A DNA stretch of 51,371 bases from Octopus bimaculoides. Its lineage: Eukaryota. The stretch covers positions 5,698,274-5,749,644 of the forward strand of contig NC_068997.1 of the NCBI RefSeq assembly GCF_001194135.2. The letters are read 5' to 3'. Under the pieces are notes generated by a model, which saw nothing but the letters and a program-made list of their open reading frames with translations, was not told the DNA's origin and ran no database searches. Position 1 is the first letter of the stretch; the number at the start of each line of letters is the position of its first letter. Both the position numbers and the translations under genes were made by a program. Positions 1-11,258 of the stretch are shown piece by piece.

Positions 1-203
1 TCGAGCGTGGCCGTTTTCGTGCGGGTGACACGTAAAAGCACCCACTACACTCTCTGAGTGGTTGGCGTTAGGAAGGGCATCCAGCTGTAGAAACTCTGCC
101 AAATCAGACTGGAGCCTGGTGTTGCCATCCGGTTTCACCAGTCCTCAGTCAAATCGTCCAACCCATGCTAGCATGGAAAGCGGACGTTAAACGATGATGA
201 TGA
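1..203 (+). mobile_element. Young 5'-truncated RTE LINE 3' end (or SINE sharing that tail) with (GAT)n tail
   Basis: ...ggttggcgttaggaagggcatccagctgtagaaac...gcatggaaagcggacgttaaacgatgatga. The same sequence follows the RTE ORF remnants at 9480-10235 and 26462-27250 (minus strand). CpGs are intact. Confidence 0.8.
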
Positions 204-426
204 ATGTAAAACCAAAAGAAATGCTGTTAAACCTTTTGTCCAGCATGCTAACAAGTTTTGCCACTTTAATAATAGTAATAATTGTTGCAAATTTTGGCAC
301 AAGGACAGATATTCTGAGGGGAAGGGATTCCATTAACACCAGTACTGAACTGGTTCTTATTTTATCAACCTGAAATGCCCCTAAGCATTGTGTCTGGCAT
401 GCTAATGATTCTGTCAGCTTGCCACA

Positions 427-458
<32 letters not shown>

Positions 459-1095
459 TCTTTGTACTATAGGCACAAATTTTGTGGGTGGGGCTAGTCA
501 ATTACATTGACCCCAGCACTTGATTGGTACTTTTTTTTATCAATCCCCACTCCAAAACAATGAAAGGCAAAATCAACCTCAATGGATTCAGATTTAGAAA
601 TGTAAAGAGCTGGATATAATATTGTAAGGCATTTTTTTCCTTGATGCCCCAGTGAATTCTGCCATGATTTCTGATATAGGCATAAATTTTTAGGGAGGGC
701 TATACACTAAAATTGACCCCTTTACTTTTGATTCATCATCATCATCATCATCATTTAACATCTATTTCCTATGCTGTCGTGGGTTGGATGGTTTGACAAC
801 ATCCAACAAACCATAAAACTGTGTCAAGCTTCAGCGTTTGTTTTGTATGATTTCTACAGCTTGATGTCCTTCCAAATACCAACTGCTCTACAGAATATAC
901 TGAGTGCTTTCTTCATGATACTGACATGAACTAGAAACATTTTATAAAGCCATGATTAAAAAAAAAATGATGATGAAGATGATGGTGATAGGTCTTTTAA
1001 CACAGGTTGAAACATTATAGTCATTAACAATAACAGTAACAATAACATTATCATCAATAATAACTCAGATATCAGTTAATCAGTTTTCTACTTAC

Positions 1096-1278
1096 TTTCT
1101 CGAAGTAAACCACCGCAAATTCAGTGTTATCGAAGTTTATGTACGGAAACTCAATCATAAGATACATGAAATTCGAGTTTCTCTTTTGTTTCTCATTGAT
1201 CATCTCAATCTCTCGGAACGTTAGCCTGTCCAGCCAGTCGACCTTCACCATGTGACCATCACGGTACTTTTTGCTCAA
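1096..1278 (-). CDS. PIK3C3: PIK3C3/Vps34 coding exon 5 (183 nt); gene continues beyond the left edge of the window
   Basis: [61 protein letters not shown], with the invariant [13 protein letters not shown] motif. Acceptor ttttag, donor AAA|GTAAGT, phase 0-0. Confidence 0.97.
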
Positions 1279-1345
1279 CTAAAATAGAAAAGAGAAAAAA
1301 GAAGTTGAAGAATTGACAACTGTTGTCACTGATGTGTAAGGGTAC

Positions 1346-1660
1346 GCAAGAAGCTAACTAGGGTGCCTCTACATGGTCTCTTGGCCTGCTAGAAATAAAA
1401 ACTGAATCTCCCTTAAACTACATGTTACTGTCTTAAAAAAAGGGAGGACAGGTCACTGATTTTGGGAGGAACACAAGCCACCTACGGTGTCTTTACATAG
1501 TCTCATGATTTGCTAGCAATAGAAACTAAGTGTCCCTTCAACTACATGGTTCTGTCTTAAAAAAGAAAGGAAATGCTACTGATTTTTTGGGGAACACAAG
1601 CCAACAAGGGAACCTGTATATGGTCTCTTGATTTGCTAGAAATAGAGAAGATACATTGCG
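1346..1660 (+). repeat. Degenerate tandem repeat, period about 124 bp (~2.5 units), SINE-derived
   Basis: caagc...tacatggtctcttg..ttgctagaaata recurs at about 1346, 1470 and 1594. The motif family also appears at about 6720, 20030 and 39780. Confidence 0.7.
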
Positions 1661-1739
1661 GGATGGTTATTTTAATAAGTTGTATCTATTTATCACCCAA
1701 TGAGACACATTAGCACCACCGGATACTCCTGAACCAGTT

Positions 1740-1903
1740 GCACCCACTACACTCTCTGAGTGGTTGGCGTTAGGAAGGGCATCCAGCTGTAGAAACTCTG
1801 CCAAATTAGATTGGAGCCTGGTGTTGCCATCCGGTTTCACCAGTCCTCAGTCAAATCGTCCAACCCATGCTAGCATGGAAGGCGGACGTTAAACGATGAT
1901 GAT
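1740..1903 (+). mobile_element. Second young copy of the same RTE 3' end
   Basis: Differs from 38-203 by 3 substitutions by eye. Ends in gatgatgat next to (TA)n and an assembly gap. Confidence 0.8.
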
Positions 1904-1930
1904 ATATATATATATATATATATATGTATA

Positions 1931-1940
1931 NNNNNNNNNN
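1931..1940. other. Assembly gap (10 N) inside a microsatellite
   Basis: Ns in the sequence. Confidence 1.
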
Positions 1941-1964
1941 ACACACACACACACACATATATGC

Positions 1965-1998
<34 letters not shown>

Positions 1999-2038
1999 AC
2001 ACACACACAAGCACGCATGCATGTAGAGGTGAAATTAC

Positions 2039-2162
2039 CTTCAGTAAGCGGCTCATCTGATCGTTCTTGTCCTTAGATTTCCCAGGTGTGGTAGAGGTTG
2101 AACTTGGATCAGCAGTAACATTTGGCCACACCTGTAGATCATGCATGCCTTGACGGAATGTT
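2039..2162 (-). CDS. PIK3C3: PIK3C3/Vps34 coding exon 4 (124 nt)
   Basis: [41 protein letters not shown] matches Vps34 FRQG.HDLKVWP...DQMSRLAK. Acceptor ttctag, donor AAG|GTAATT, phase 2-0. Confidence 0.96.
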
Positions 2163-3780
2163 CTAGAAACAGATAATTATCAGACATGCAATTATTGAGG
2201 ATTAGGCACATAGGAGAAATACATGATTGTATACACATACACAAACAATATTCATGTTCACACAACAAACATGTATACATGCACATATACACAACAGTAT
2301 ACACATTACTTCTTGTTGGTTGGAGAACACAAATACATATAGATGTACCTGTCCTCCTGTCAAACTAATTATGTATTATATATCTATTTGAAAAATGCAT
2401 AAACAAAGCTTGAAAGATTGCTTGGAGATACATTGTATTATATTTTATAAATCTGCCTATTTAAAGTATCGTAAAAGAATGAAACTATTAATAGGTCTTT
2501 CTATGAAAATAGAAGCTGGGCCCTTAGAGCAAATGACAATGACAAATTGAAAGCTTCTGAAACAATGTGACATTGAAAAGTACAGAGTATCAGCTGGATT
2601 GTCAAACTAATGAGTCAGTACCTGAGAAAATGTGAACAGAAAGAGAATTTTGGGCAACTATCAAGAAAGTGTATTTTGCAGTATTTTGGGCTTGTCATCA
2701 GAGCTCACAACCTCAACATCTATATTCTAAAGCAGTGTTTCTCAACCATTCTTCACCTATGGACCCCTGGACCCTCCTAGCCATTCAATGCTTAAAAATC
2801 ATATATTTTTATAATGTTATTAGGGATTGTATAAAAAATAAAATATTTTGCATATTATAGAAGTATAATTAATTTATTGCAAATAAATTTTAACAACAAA
2901 ATCTTATATGGACCCCCAAGGGCCATATGGACCCTGGTTGAGAACCATCGTCCAAGATGGCAGGGTCAATAGGAAATGAAAAATGGAGAGATCAAGAAGA
3001 CATTGGCTGAACAACAACAAAGAATGGGCCAGAAAATCTCTAGTTTAATGCACAACTATGGCCAGAGGTAAGAATTGATAGGAAGAGAGGCATTTATGGT
3101 CTCCAGCTCTCAGTAATGAGGATTGGAATAAGCAAAGCAAAGGCAGATGGTAGTTGAGTCAATAAACTTCAGCATTTGACTAGGACTTATTTTATTGAGT
3201 GATGAAAGGCAAAGTTGACTTTGGTGAGATTTGAAATTAGAATGTAAAGAACTAGAATAAATACCACATGGTATCTTGTCTGATGCTCTTAAAATTCTCC
3301 CAATCTCTCACCTATCTGTATTGCAATAATGGTTCTAAGACTACAGATTTTAAGCGAAGAGGTGACACAGTTGATTTAATAAACCCCAGTATTTAACGGT
3401 TATTTTGATCAACTTCAGAAAGATGAAAGGTAAAAATGAACTTTAGTGGGATTTGAACTCAGAATGAGAGCCATAACTAAAAACTACAAGACACTTTAAT
3501 CTAATGTTCTACTAATTCTGCCACACAACAACACTCTTAAACATAATTGCAGTAATGGATAAAGATAAATTAAAATAATGGACAAACATAATTACAGTAA
3601 TATATAATGATTTAAAACTGGAATAAAACATTGGCCATTAACAGTCTGTCAATGCAATAGAAATACTTTAATAACCAGATGTGTATTGGATATTAAGTTT
3701 AAATGATGGAATGATTAGGAAATGGGAAAGAGGGTCAAAGTTAAGACTTATAGATACACACACAAATTTGCTTCATAACT

Positions 3781-4030
3781 CAAACCTACTGTACAACTCA
3801 CAACCACTGTGACAGTTCAATCATTTTGACAATTGATCATTGAGTCTAGTCACTACCAATGATCATGATAGCCAACCACTGAAACAGTAAACTATTGTGT
3901 CAGTTTAGTCAATGAGACAGTCAACCATTGTGACAGTTTAGTCAATGAGACAGTCAACCAGTGACAATCCAATTAATGTGAGTCAACCATTGTGACAGTC
4001 CAATGAATGTGACAATCAACCAATATGATA
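3781..4030 (+). repeat. Degenerate minisatellite (33-bp unit built from ~16-bp subunits)
   Basis: cagtttagtcaatgagacagtcaaccattgtga in near-perfect tandem at about 3901-3964, with flanking caacca.tgtgaca subunits. Confidence 0.8.
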
Positions 4031-4276
4031 GTATCAAAACTTTTATCCTTTAGGACAAATGGTTAAGATTTTGGTCTAGTGGTTAAGAGTGTCAAGTTCT
4101 GCTTGAAACAAAAATTTGTGAGTTCGTCCCCAATCTGAAATGTGTACATTAGACATTGGTATGACATCTGACAAAAACATGAAGTTCAAACTGCCTGAAC
4201 ATATTTATTTTATGAAACAAAAGTCTTCCACCAAAGAGTTATATGAATGTTTCTAGCTACAATATAGAACACTCAC

Positions 4277-4420
4277 CCTCGTTTACCAAACATACTGATG
4301 ACTGTGCTGCCAACTGGCACAGACTTATTGGTGCCATAGAGATCCCACACTGTAAGAGCTAGCATAGCATTCCTTGGAAGATCACTGTATTTGACGGGTA
4401 ATGACAGCCACTCATTCCAG
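4277..4420 (-). CDS. PIK3C3: PIK3C3/Vps34 coding exon 3 (144 nt)
   Basis: [48 protein letters not shown], the hallmark Vps34 C2 motif WNEWL.LP..Y.DLPR.A. Acceptor ttacag, donor GG|GTGAGT. Confidence 0.97.
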
Positions 4421-5661
4421 CTGTAAGAACATAAAACAGAGAATATTAAACTAGTCTTCATTTTACTGTTGTTTAATGGTTTAATTTTTTAAAAACTGAC
4501 ACACATTAAAGAACAAGACCTACTTATAAGGGTCACTGATACATAAAGAGATCATACATACACATACATAAAAATGACCTCTCATCAATATATACAACAC
4601 ATGCACAGGCAAAAAAAAAAAAGCATATATGAAAAATTAAAGATGTCATAAAAATATCAACCCTATATAGACAACATATAAACAAACACACACACGAACT
4701 CATTCATAATCTCATACATAGATGTCTTTGACTCATTATCATAAAAAAATCTTTGTGTGACCAAATCAGTAATTCCAATATTAATGTATTCTACAGCTTT
4801 ATTGACTCTGCTTGATAAAAATAATTATTCGTTAATTTGATGTTCATTTGAATATGGAATGAATTATGTAAATGTATGTGAAAGAGTGAGATACAGACTG
4901 TGGTATTCACCTATTACACACAGTTTGCTTTCAAACTAAGTGCTATGGAGTTTTGGGTTCAGTCCCACTGTGCAACACTTTAGGAAAAAGCATCTTCTGA
5001 TGCAGCATCAGGTTGACCAAAATTTTGTGAATAGATTTGGTACACAGATGAAAACTGAAAGAAGCCCATGTACATGTGTGAGACCTTCTCTTGATAGCAT
5101 GTGATAAGTTGTAAACAAATGTCATCATCATACATGCAGCATTGTTTATTTCCAATCATCCATGGAAACATGTATGGCCATGGGGAAATATTACTTTACT
5201 TGAAAATAGCAGAGAGTTGACAATAGGAAGGGTATCTGGCCATAACAAAATCTCAAAAATCTCCTTCAAAATAACTCAAATAGTTCAAATACTAAGAAAT
5301 AAGCATACTCAATTTAATTTATACGAAATCATTTACAAACATGAATGGGTTATTTTCCTTGGCTATATATAAGGATCCCTTTCAAGAGTGAATGGGTTAT
5401 TTCCCTTGGATGTTTGAAAATAATATATTAGTTATATGTAGTAGATATAAGAATTCCTTCCAAGGGCCCTATTATCGATTTTTTTCATCAATCTAAGTAT
5501 GTCACTAGTTTTCCAGACATGTTCTACTCACGTCAAGTTTCATCAAAATTGATAAAATGATGTAGGAGGAGTCAGATAACAATGCCACAAACAAACACAC
5601 CCACAAATTTCCACATATGTAGTAGATATATGTGTGTGTGTGTGTATACATGCATGCATAC

Positions 5662-5702
<41 letters not shown>

Positions 5703-5887
5703 TACATAAATACATGCATAGTATAAAGGCATATACACACACAATGTTATATAATGAAATACAAAGACTACAACAGAGAGAACTCCATTAAAGCCATCCA
5801 AAGGATGTGTTAAAAGAACAAGAGGAAGCAGGAGACCTATAATAAGTTTAAGATAGAGAATGAAAATAAAATACAATGAATACTTAC

Positions 5888-6076
5888 TTCCATCTGGTGG
5901 TGAATGACTTAAAAGATGTTTGGACTGGAAGTGATAATGACCGTGTGTCCGAGAATATTTGACATGTGACATAAAGATCAGAACATCCTTCAATGTAGGC
6001 CCCAGAAAATTTTAGAATTGGGTCGTTCAGGAAATCTTTATAGCTTGGTCTTTTCCGGCATCCTTCAAGAGTTCCA
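5888..6076 (-). CDS. PIK3C3: PIK3C3/Vps34 coding exon 2 (189 nt), C2 PI3K-type domain
   Basis: [62 protein letters not shown] matches Vps34. Acceptor ttttag, donor AA|GTAAGT, phase 2-2. Confidence 0.96.
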
Positions 6077-7904
6077 CTAAAATAGATATATATATAAAAT
6101 ATTGTAGATATATTGATATATATAGCTGATGTACATGAACTATTGTCTGTGAATGTTATCATCATGTTAGCAATATAAAAATCAACAATCTGAAAAATTG
6201 GGATTAATGTGTAGCATTGAAATACATGCTGCTTACCACATCTTTAATTTATCAACCTAATTAGCTGCTAACGAATACACAATGGATGCAAATCAAATCT
6301 TCAATTTAACAAAGCCCTTAATTCTAGTGGTTATAAATATACTGTCTCTATAGACATAGAGATGGATACTCCCTACATGAGGAAATTCCAAAGAATTGAA
6401 ACCAGTTGCACTAAATTTTCTTCTGTCAATGAAGTAATTATATAAATGATAGTTGTCTGCAACTGTTATCTGTATGAAGTTTAGTTGAGCTTCCACGCAC
6501 GATATTGGTTCGAAGCTTAGAACTGCTCTAAAGTGCATTTGCACATCAAAGCAAACTGTTTAATGCATCATTAATCTATATACACACACACACACGCATA
6601 TACACAGATGTGCACCCCCACTCCCCACACATGCACATGTATGTATAAATATATACAGAAATATATTTAGATATTGCTCCAATGAAATATCACAACATTA
6701 TCTGCACAATGAGCCAACAAAGAAGCCTCTACGTGACTGATTGACCTGCAGAAACAGCAACCAACTCTCAAGTAACACTACTGACTTTAAAAAAGAAGAA
6801 AAAAAAAAAAAAAGAAGATGCATTGAATAATGTGTTCCAAGATTAAAGCTCTATCTACAAAATGAAAAAGACAGAATGGGCATAGCAGGAATGCCTTTTG
6901 ATTATAGGTCTACTTGAGAAGATCTGACCTGGGACTGAACAACAACATTGCCTACACATTTATATACTCTCATACATTGCTTTATCTAATTCTCTTCATA
7001 TCTTTGTCTTTCTCCATTTGCACATTTTATGTCTATCCATCTATATGTTGCTGGTACCTAAGTCCATATCTAAACCCATCAATCTTGTAACACCATCATT
7101 TGACCCTTGAAGGCCTTTAGCAGAGACCATTCACTTGCAAAATTGAGACCAGGTCTCTGATCTGAGTTTAACAGTTTCCCTACCTGCTCTTGCCTTTTTT
7201 TTGCCACCCCTCAATCTGTTAGTTGTCAATCCTTTACTTATATCTGTATATCTAAGCCATATGTTTATTACTCAGAGAATACCCACTTTTCTTTTCTTCC
7301 ACACACTATTTCTGTAGTCTTTAGCTTTCTTTATCGATATATCAATCTATCTCTTGTCATGAGATCTCATTTCCTCCATCTGCTCTTCTGTCCATCTCCC
7401 CTCATCTACACACATACTAGCTACATTATTTATCTTATTATGTGTTTTGTTAATAGTTTCCTGACGTTCCAATGGTGAGAATAAGATGGGATTATCTGAA
7501 CCACTTGGGTGGAATAATTACCACAATGAATTTGTTTGATGTACCAGTTTATTGGTTATATTAGTTTATCTGTACGTACAGGTGTTGCTGTCACATAAAA
7601 AGCATCTAGTCCACTCTGTAAAGTGAATGATGTTAGGAAGGGCATCCAAACTATACAAGTAAACCACTAAAAAAAAAATGGTCAAACTATTATAGATAAA
7701 AACCAAATCTCTCTCAAATCAGAAAATACTGTTTTAAATAAGCACACACTAGAGAATGTAGTCCTAAACATACTTTCAACAAGCGTTGGTGGTCATAGTT
7801 GGGATGTCTTTTGTAAATATACTGCAACCTGGGGTGAAACATCAGTTATACTTACAGCTCACAGCTGCCTGTCTGTCTGTCTACCAGTTGCCCCTGGATC
7901 CCCA

Positions 7905-8010
7905 ACACACACACACATGTGCATGCGCACACACACACACACACACACACACATGTGCATGCGCACACACACACACACACATGTGCATGCGCACACACAC
8001 ACATGTGCAT

Positions 8011-8041
<31 letters not shown>
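7905..8041. repeat. Compound (CA)n-ATGTGCATGCG minisatellite, strictly alternating purine-pyrimidine
   Basis: Four ATGTGCATGCGC cores separated by (AC)n of variable length. Confidence 0.9.
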
Positions 8042-8042
<1 letters not shown>

Positions 8043-8361
8043 TATTTATCCATATGTTTTCCCCAACACACTATATATTTCTCCATGCAGTCATCAAATC
8101 TATTTGATCTAATTAGACAATTCCAGTTCTATACTTTCACAACAATAATAATCAATAACAATAATAATCAACAACTCATGATGTCAATAATTGAAACTAT
8201 CGTTGTTTTTAACCAATTAATCTGAAGACAGTCAAGGCGTGTGGCTCAGTGGTTAGGGCATTGGAGTCACGTTCATAAGTCCATCAGTTCAATTTCTGGA
8301 CCTGGGTTGATGCAAGAATTGCAAGTGGAAATAACTAGACAGAAAATATATTTTGAAGCTA

Positions 8362-8480
8362 ATTAACCTGCTGGCATTTAACCAGCCATATCTGGTCCTA
8401 ATATCCTCACTGTATTATGCTCAATCTGGCGAGACTTGGCCTCTCGCACCTACCTTACAATGTAGTTCTTTAGATTCAGA
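8362..8480 (+). mobile_element. Probable left end of another TTAA MITE family
   Basis: ttaacc.gctggcatttaaccagccatatctgg...ttggcctctcgcacctacc.tacaatg, recalled as a common octopod TTAA element end. No matching right TIR seen. Confidence 0.4.
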
Positions 8481-9479
8481 GAGATTGAACCTGAAATCAA
8501 GTAGGTGGGATGCAGACTTCTCCTCCATAGTCACACGTTATTACTTATGTAAGAGAAATGAAATTGCTATTGTTGAAAATCAAATATTTTGTCCAGGAAG
8601 CTCAGTTTTCCACCCACACATTGCAACATTTGTCAACAAATGTTACAAATATTGGGGCTGGCAGTCTCTGATGATATTTCTGGGTGACCAAATATCAATA
8701 ACAATTGAACTTGTAATTAGTAAGGCTTGACGTTTCTCTTTAGGGCCAGAAAACATTATTTCAGCTTTGAACAGTCATTGACCTAAAGTGAACAGGTGTG
8801 ACCCATATAAAAAATCTACACAGAGACAGAGACCAGCTGTTGTATACTGAAATACACACTCCTTTCTTCTCTAAATAATTTGTGATCCAACTGATTAACA
8901 AGCTCTTACCCACCTAATACACAATAACAACAATTAGCTCACTAACATATGTTTTATCTTCTAACTTGTTTCAATCACTGAACTGCAGTCATGCTGGGGC
9001 ACTTGCCTTGAGAGGTTTTAGTTGAACAAATTGATTGCATTTTTTATTTTTTAAGTCTGGTACTTATTCTATTGGTCTCTTTTGTCAAGCCACTAAGCTA
9101 CAGAGATGTAAACAAACTAACACCACCTGTCAAGTGGTGTTGAGGCTCAAACTGGCACTGTTGATCCAATAAATGGAACAGCCTGCTCATGAAATTAACA
9201 TGCAAGTGGTTGTGCATTCAACAAACATGCATACCCATAATGTAGTTCTTGAGGAGATTCAGCAGGACACAGAGTGAAAAGGCTGGCCCTTTTGCCAGCT
9301 GAGTGGACTGGAGTCACATGAAATAAGGACACAAAGGGCTCAAGGACACAATGCACTGCCATGAATTGAACTCACAACCTTATCATAATAATGATAATAC
9401 CCGTGATAATATCATGAGCTGAATACCCTAAACACTAAGCTTATGCACTTTCACAGGGTTTCAAACAGACACAAACATC

Positions 9480-10235
9480 ACACACCACCACCATTATTTA
9501 GTGTCCGTTTTCCATGCCGGCATGGATTAGATGGTTTGACTGGAACTAGTAAGCTAGAGAGCTGCACCAGGCTCCATTCTGATTTTAGATTGATTTCTAC
9601 AGCTGGATGCCCTTCCTAACATCAACCACTCCAAGAGTGTAGTGAGTGCTTTTTATTTATCACTGGCACAGATGCCAGTTATGTGTCACCAGCACAAGTG
9701 CCTTTTATGTGTTACTGTCCACAACTGAATCTCCTTGGCTTGATGAGTCTTCTCAAGTACAGAAAACCTCGAAAGTTCTCGCTCATTTGTCATTGCCTCC
9801 ATTAGACCCAACATCCAAACATCATGCTTCACCACCTCGTCTCATGTCTTCCTGGGTCTATCTTGCCCACAGGTTCCCTCCACAGTGAGAGATCGACACT
9901 TCTTTATGCAGCTGTCCTTGTCCATACACATGACATGACCATACCATAACAATATTCTCTCTTGCATACTACATCTGATGCCTCTTATGTCCAATTTTTC
10001 TCTCAGGGCATTTACACTCTGTTGTACACGCACACTGACACTGCACATCCAGCGAAGCATACTAGCTTCATTTCTTTCAAGCCTTCGCATATCCTCTGCA
10101 ATCACAGTCAGTCCATGTTTCACTCCTGTGTAGCATGGCTATTCCCACACAGGCATCATACAATCTGCCTTTCACTCTGAGGGAGAGGCCATTTGTAACT
10201 AACAAAGGTAGAAGCTCTTTGAACTTTGCCCATAT
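9480..10235 (-). mobile_element. RTE-clade LINE 3' fragment (RT C-terminus plus 3' UTR)
   Basis: Track ORF 9842-10123, RRLERNEASMLRWMCSVSVR...LREKLDIRGIRCSMQERILLWYGHVMCMD...GRPRKT-like, is a typical RTE C-terminus. It is followed by the (GAT)-tailed 3' UTR. Confidence 0.85.
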
Positions 10236-11163
10236 TGATGTTTTTATGTTCAGTTATAATAAAAACAATTTTACATTAATCTGAAGGATTACTCCATACA
10301 TTTATTCTTTTATACATTTCAGCCCTAAAGCTGTGGCCATGCTGTATTATATAAATTTATTATTTTTATACAAGAATGTTGTTGGCAGTGACGTACGTAT
10401 GTATGTAGGTATGTATGAAAGGACGTAAGAACTACTGTGTAGTAACGTCCACCCAACAATGTTTGTTTCTGTGTGTGTGTTTAAATTCTGTGTGCGCGTG
10501 TTGTTGTGCTGTGCTGTGTGTATATTTTTATATGCATTTCTTTTTATATATATATATATATATTAAAAATTTTTTTTTTTTTTATTTACTATTTTTTTTT
10601 AATATTTACTTTTTATGTATCTATGTGTTTTTCTATGTATTTAAAAAATTAAAAAATTTTTTTTAATATGTGGGGTAGACGAGGCCCATTATCCAAGTGA
10701 AGGCAACTCTTCTAGGAGAAGGACACTCCGACATAAAACCAGGTCCATGACTTCTGTGGGAGCAGACTGGGCTCCTTTTTTTTTTCTTTTTTTCTCTGCT
10801 CAACTTTCTCTGTCATGGTCAATGTGAAGATCACATGCTACATACCTTCCTTCCAAGCATGGCTGTAAACAATGGAAGTGAGCTAGATCATTAAAATTTA
10901 GTGCATATGCACAGCAGTGGTCAAAGTCAATCTTTGCCAAGTGGCTTTACTCTGCATGCTTTAGTTTCATCACTATGGCAACAGTCTGGATACTTATTGA
11001 TCAGACTGCATATGTATAATTTCCTTGATCAACCACTTAGATTTTTTCCTTTCTCTGAAGTTATGGTCTTGCAGATTGTCATGTTGATGAGTAGGCATAT
11101 AAAATAAATTTAAGTCGACTTGCCTGAAAATGTTTGTTTGTAAACTGTTCAACGCAGATACTT

Positions 11164-11167
<4 letters not shown>

Positions 11168-11257
<90 letters not shown>
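11168..11257. repeat. (GA)n microsatellite
   Basis: Direct reading. Other microsatellites include (TA)n at about 5666, 17535, 42783, 47256, 49520 and 51312; (CT)n at 40145-40278; (TG)n at 28700 and 43082; (TAA)n at 427 and 25799. Confidence 0.95.

Positions 11258-11258
<1 letters not shown>

Noticed and set aside
3781-4030. CRISPR-like array
   Set aside because: Eukaryotic intron, with contiguous degenerate units and no unique spacers.
5505-5993. 162-aa and other long track ORFs rich in YI, HT, CV, SL or ER repeats (also 7786-8225, 40010-40364, 42671-43426, 47115-47444)
   Set aside because: They are translations of (TA)n, (CA)n and (GA)n microsatellites or alternative frames of real exons.
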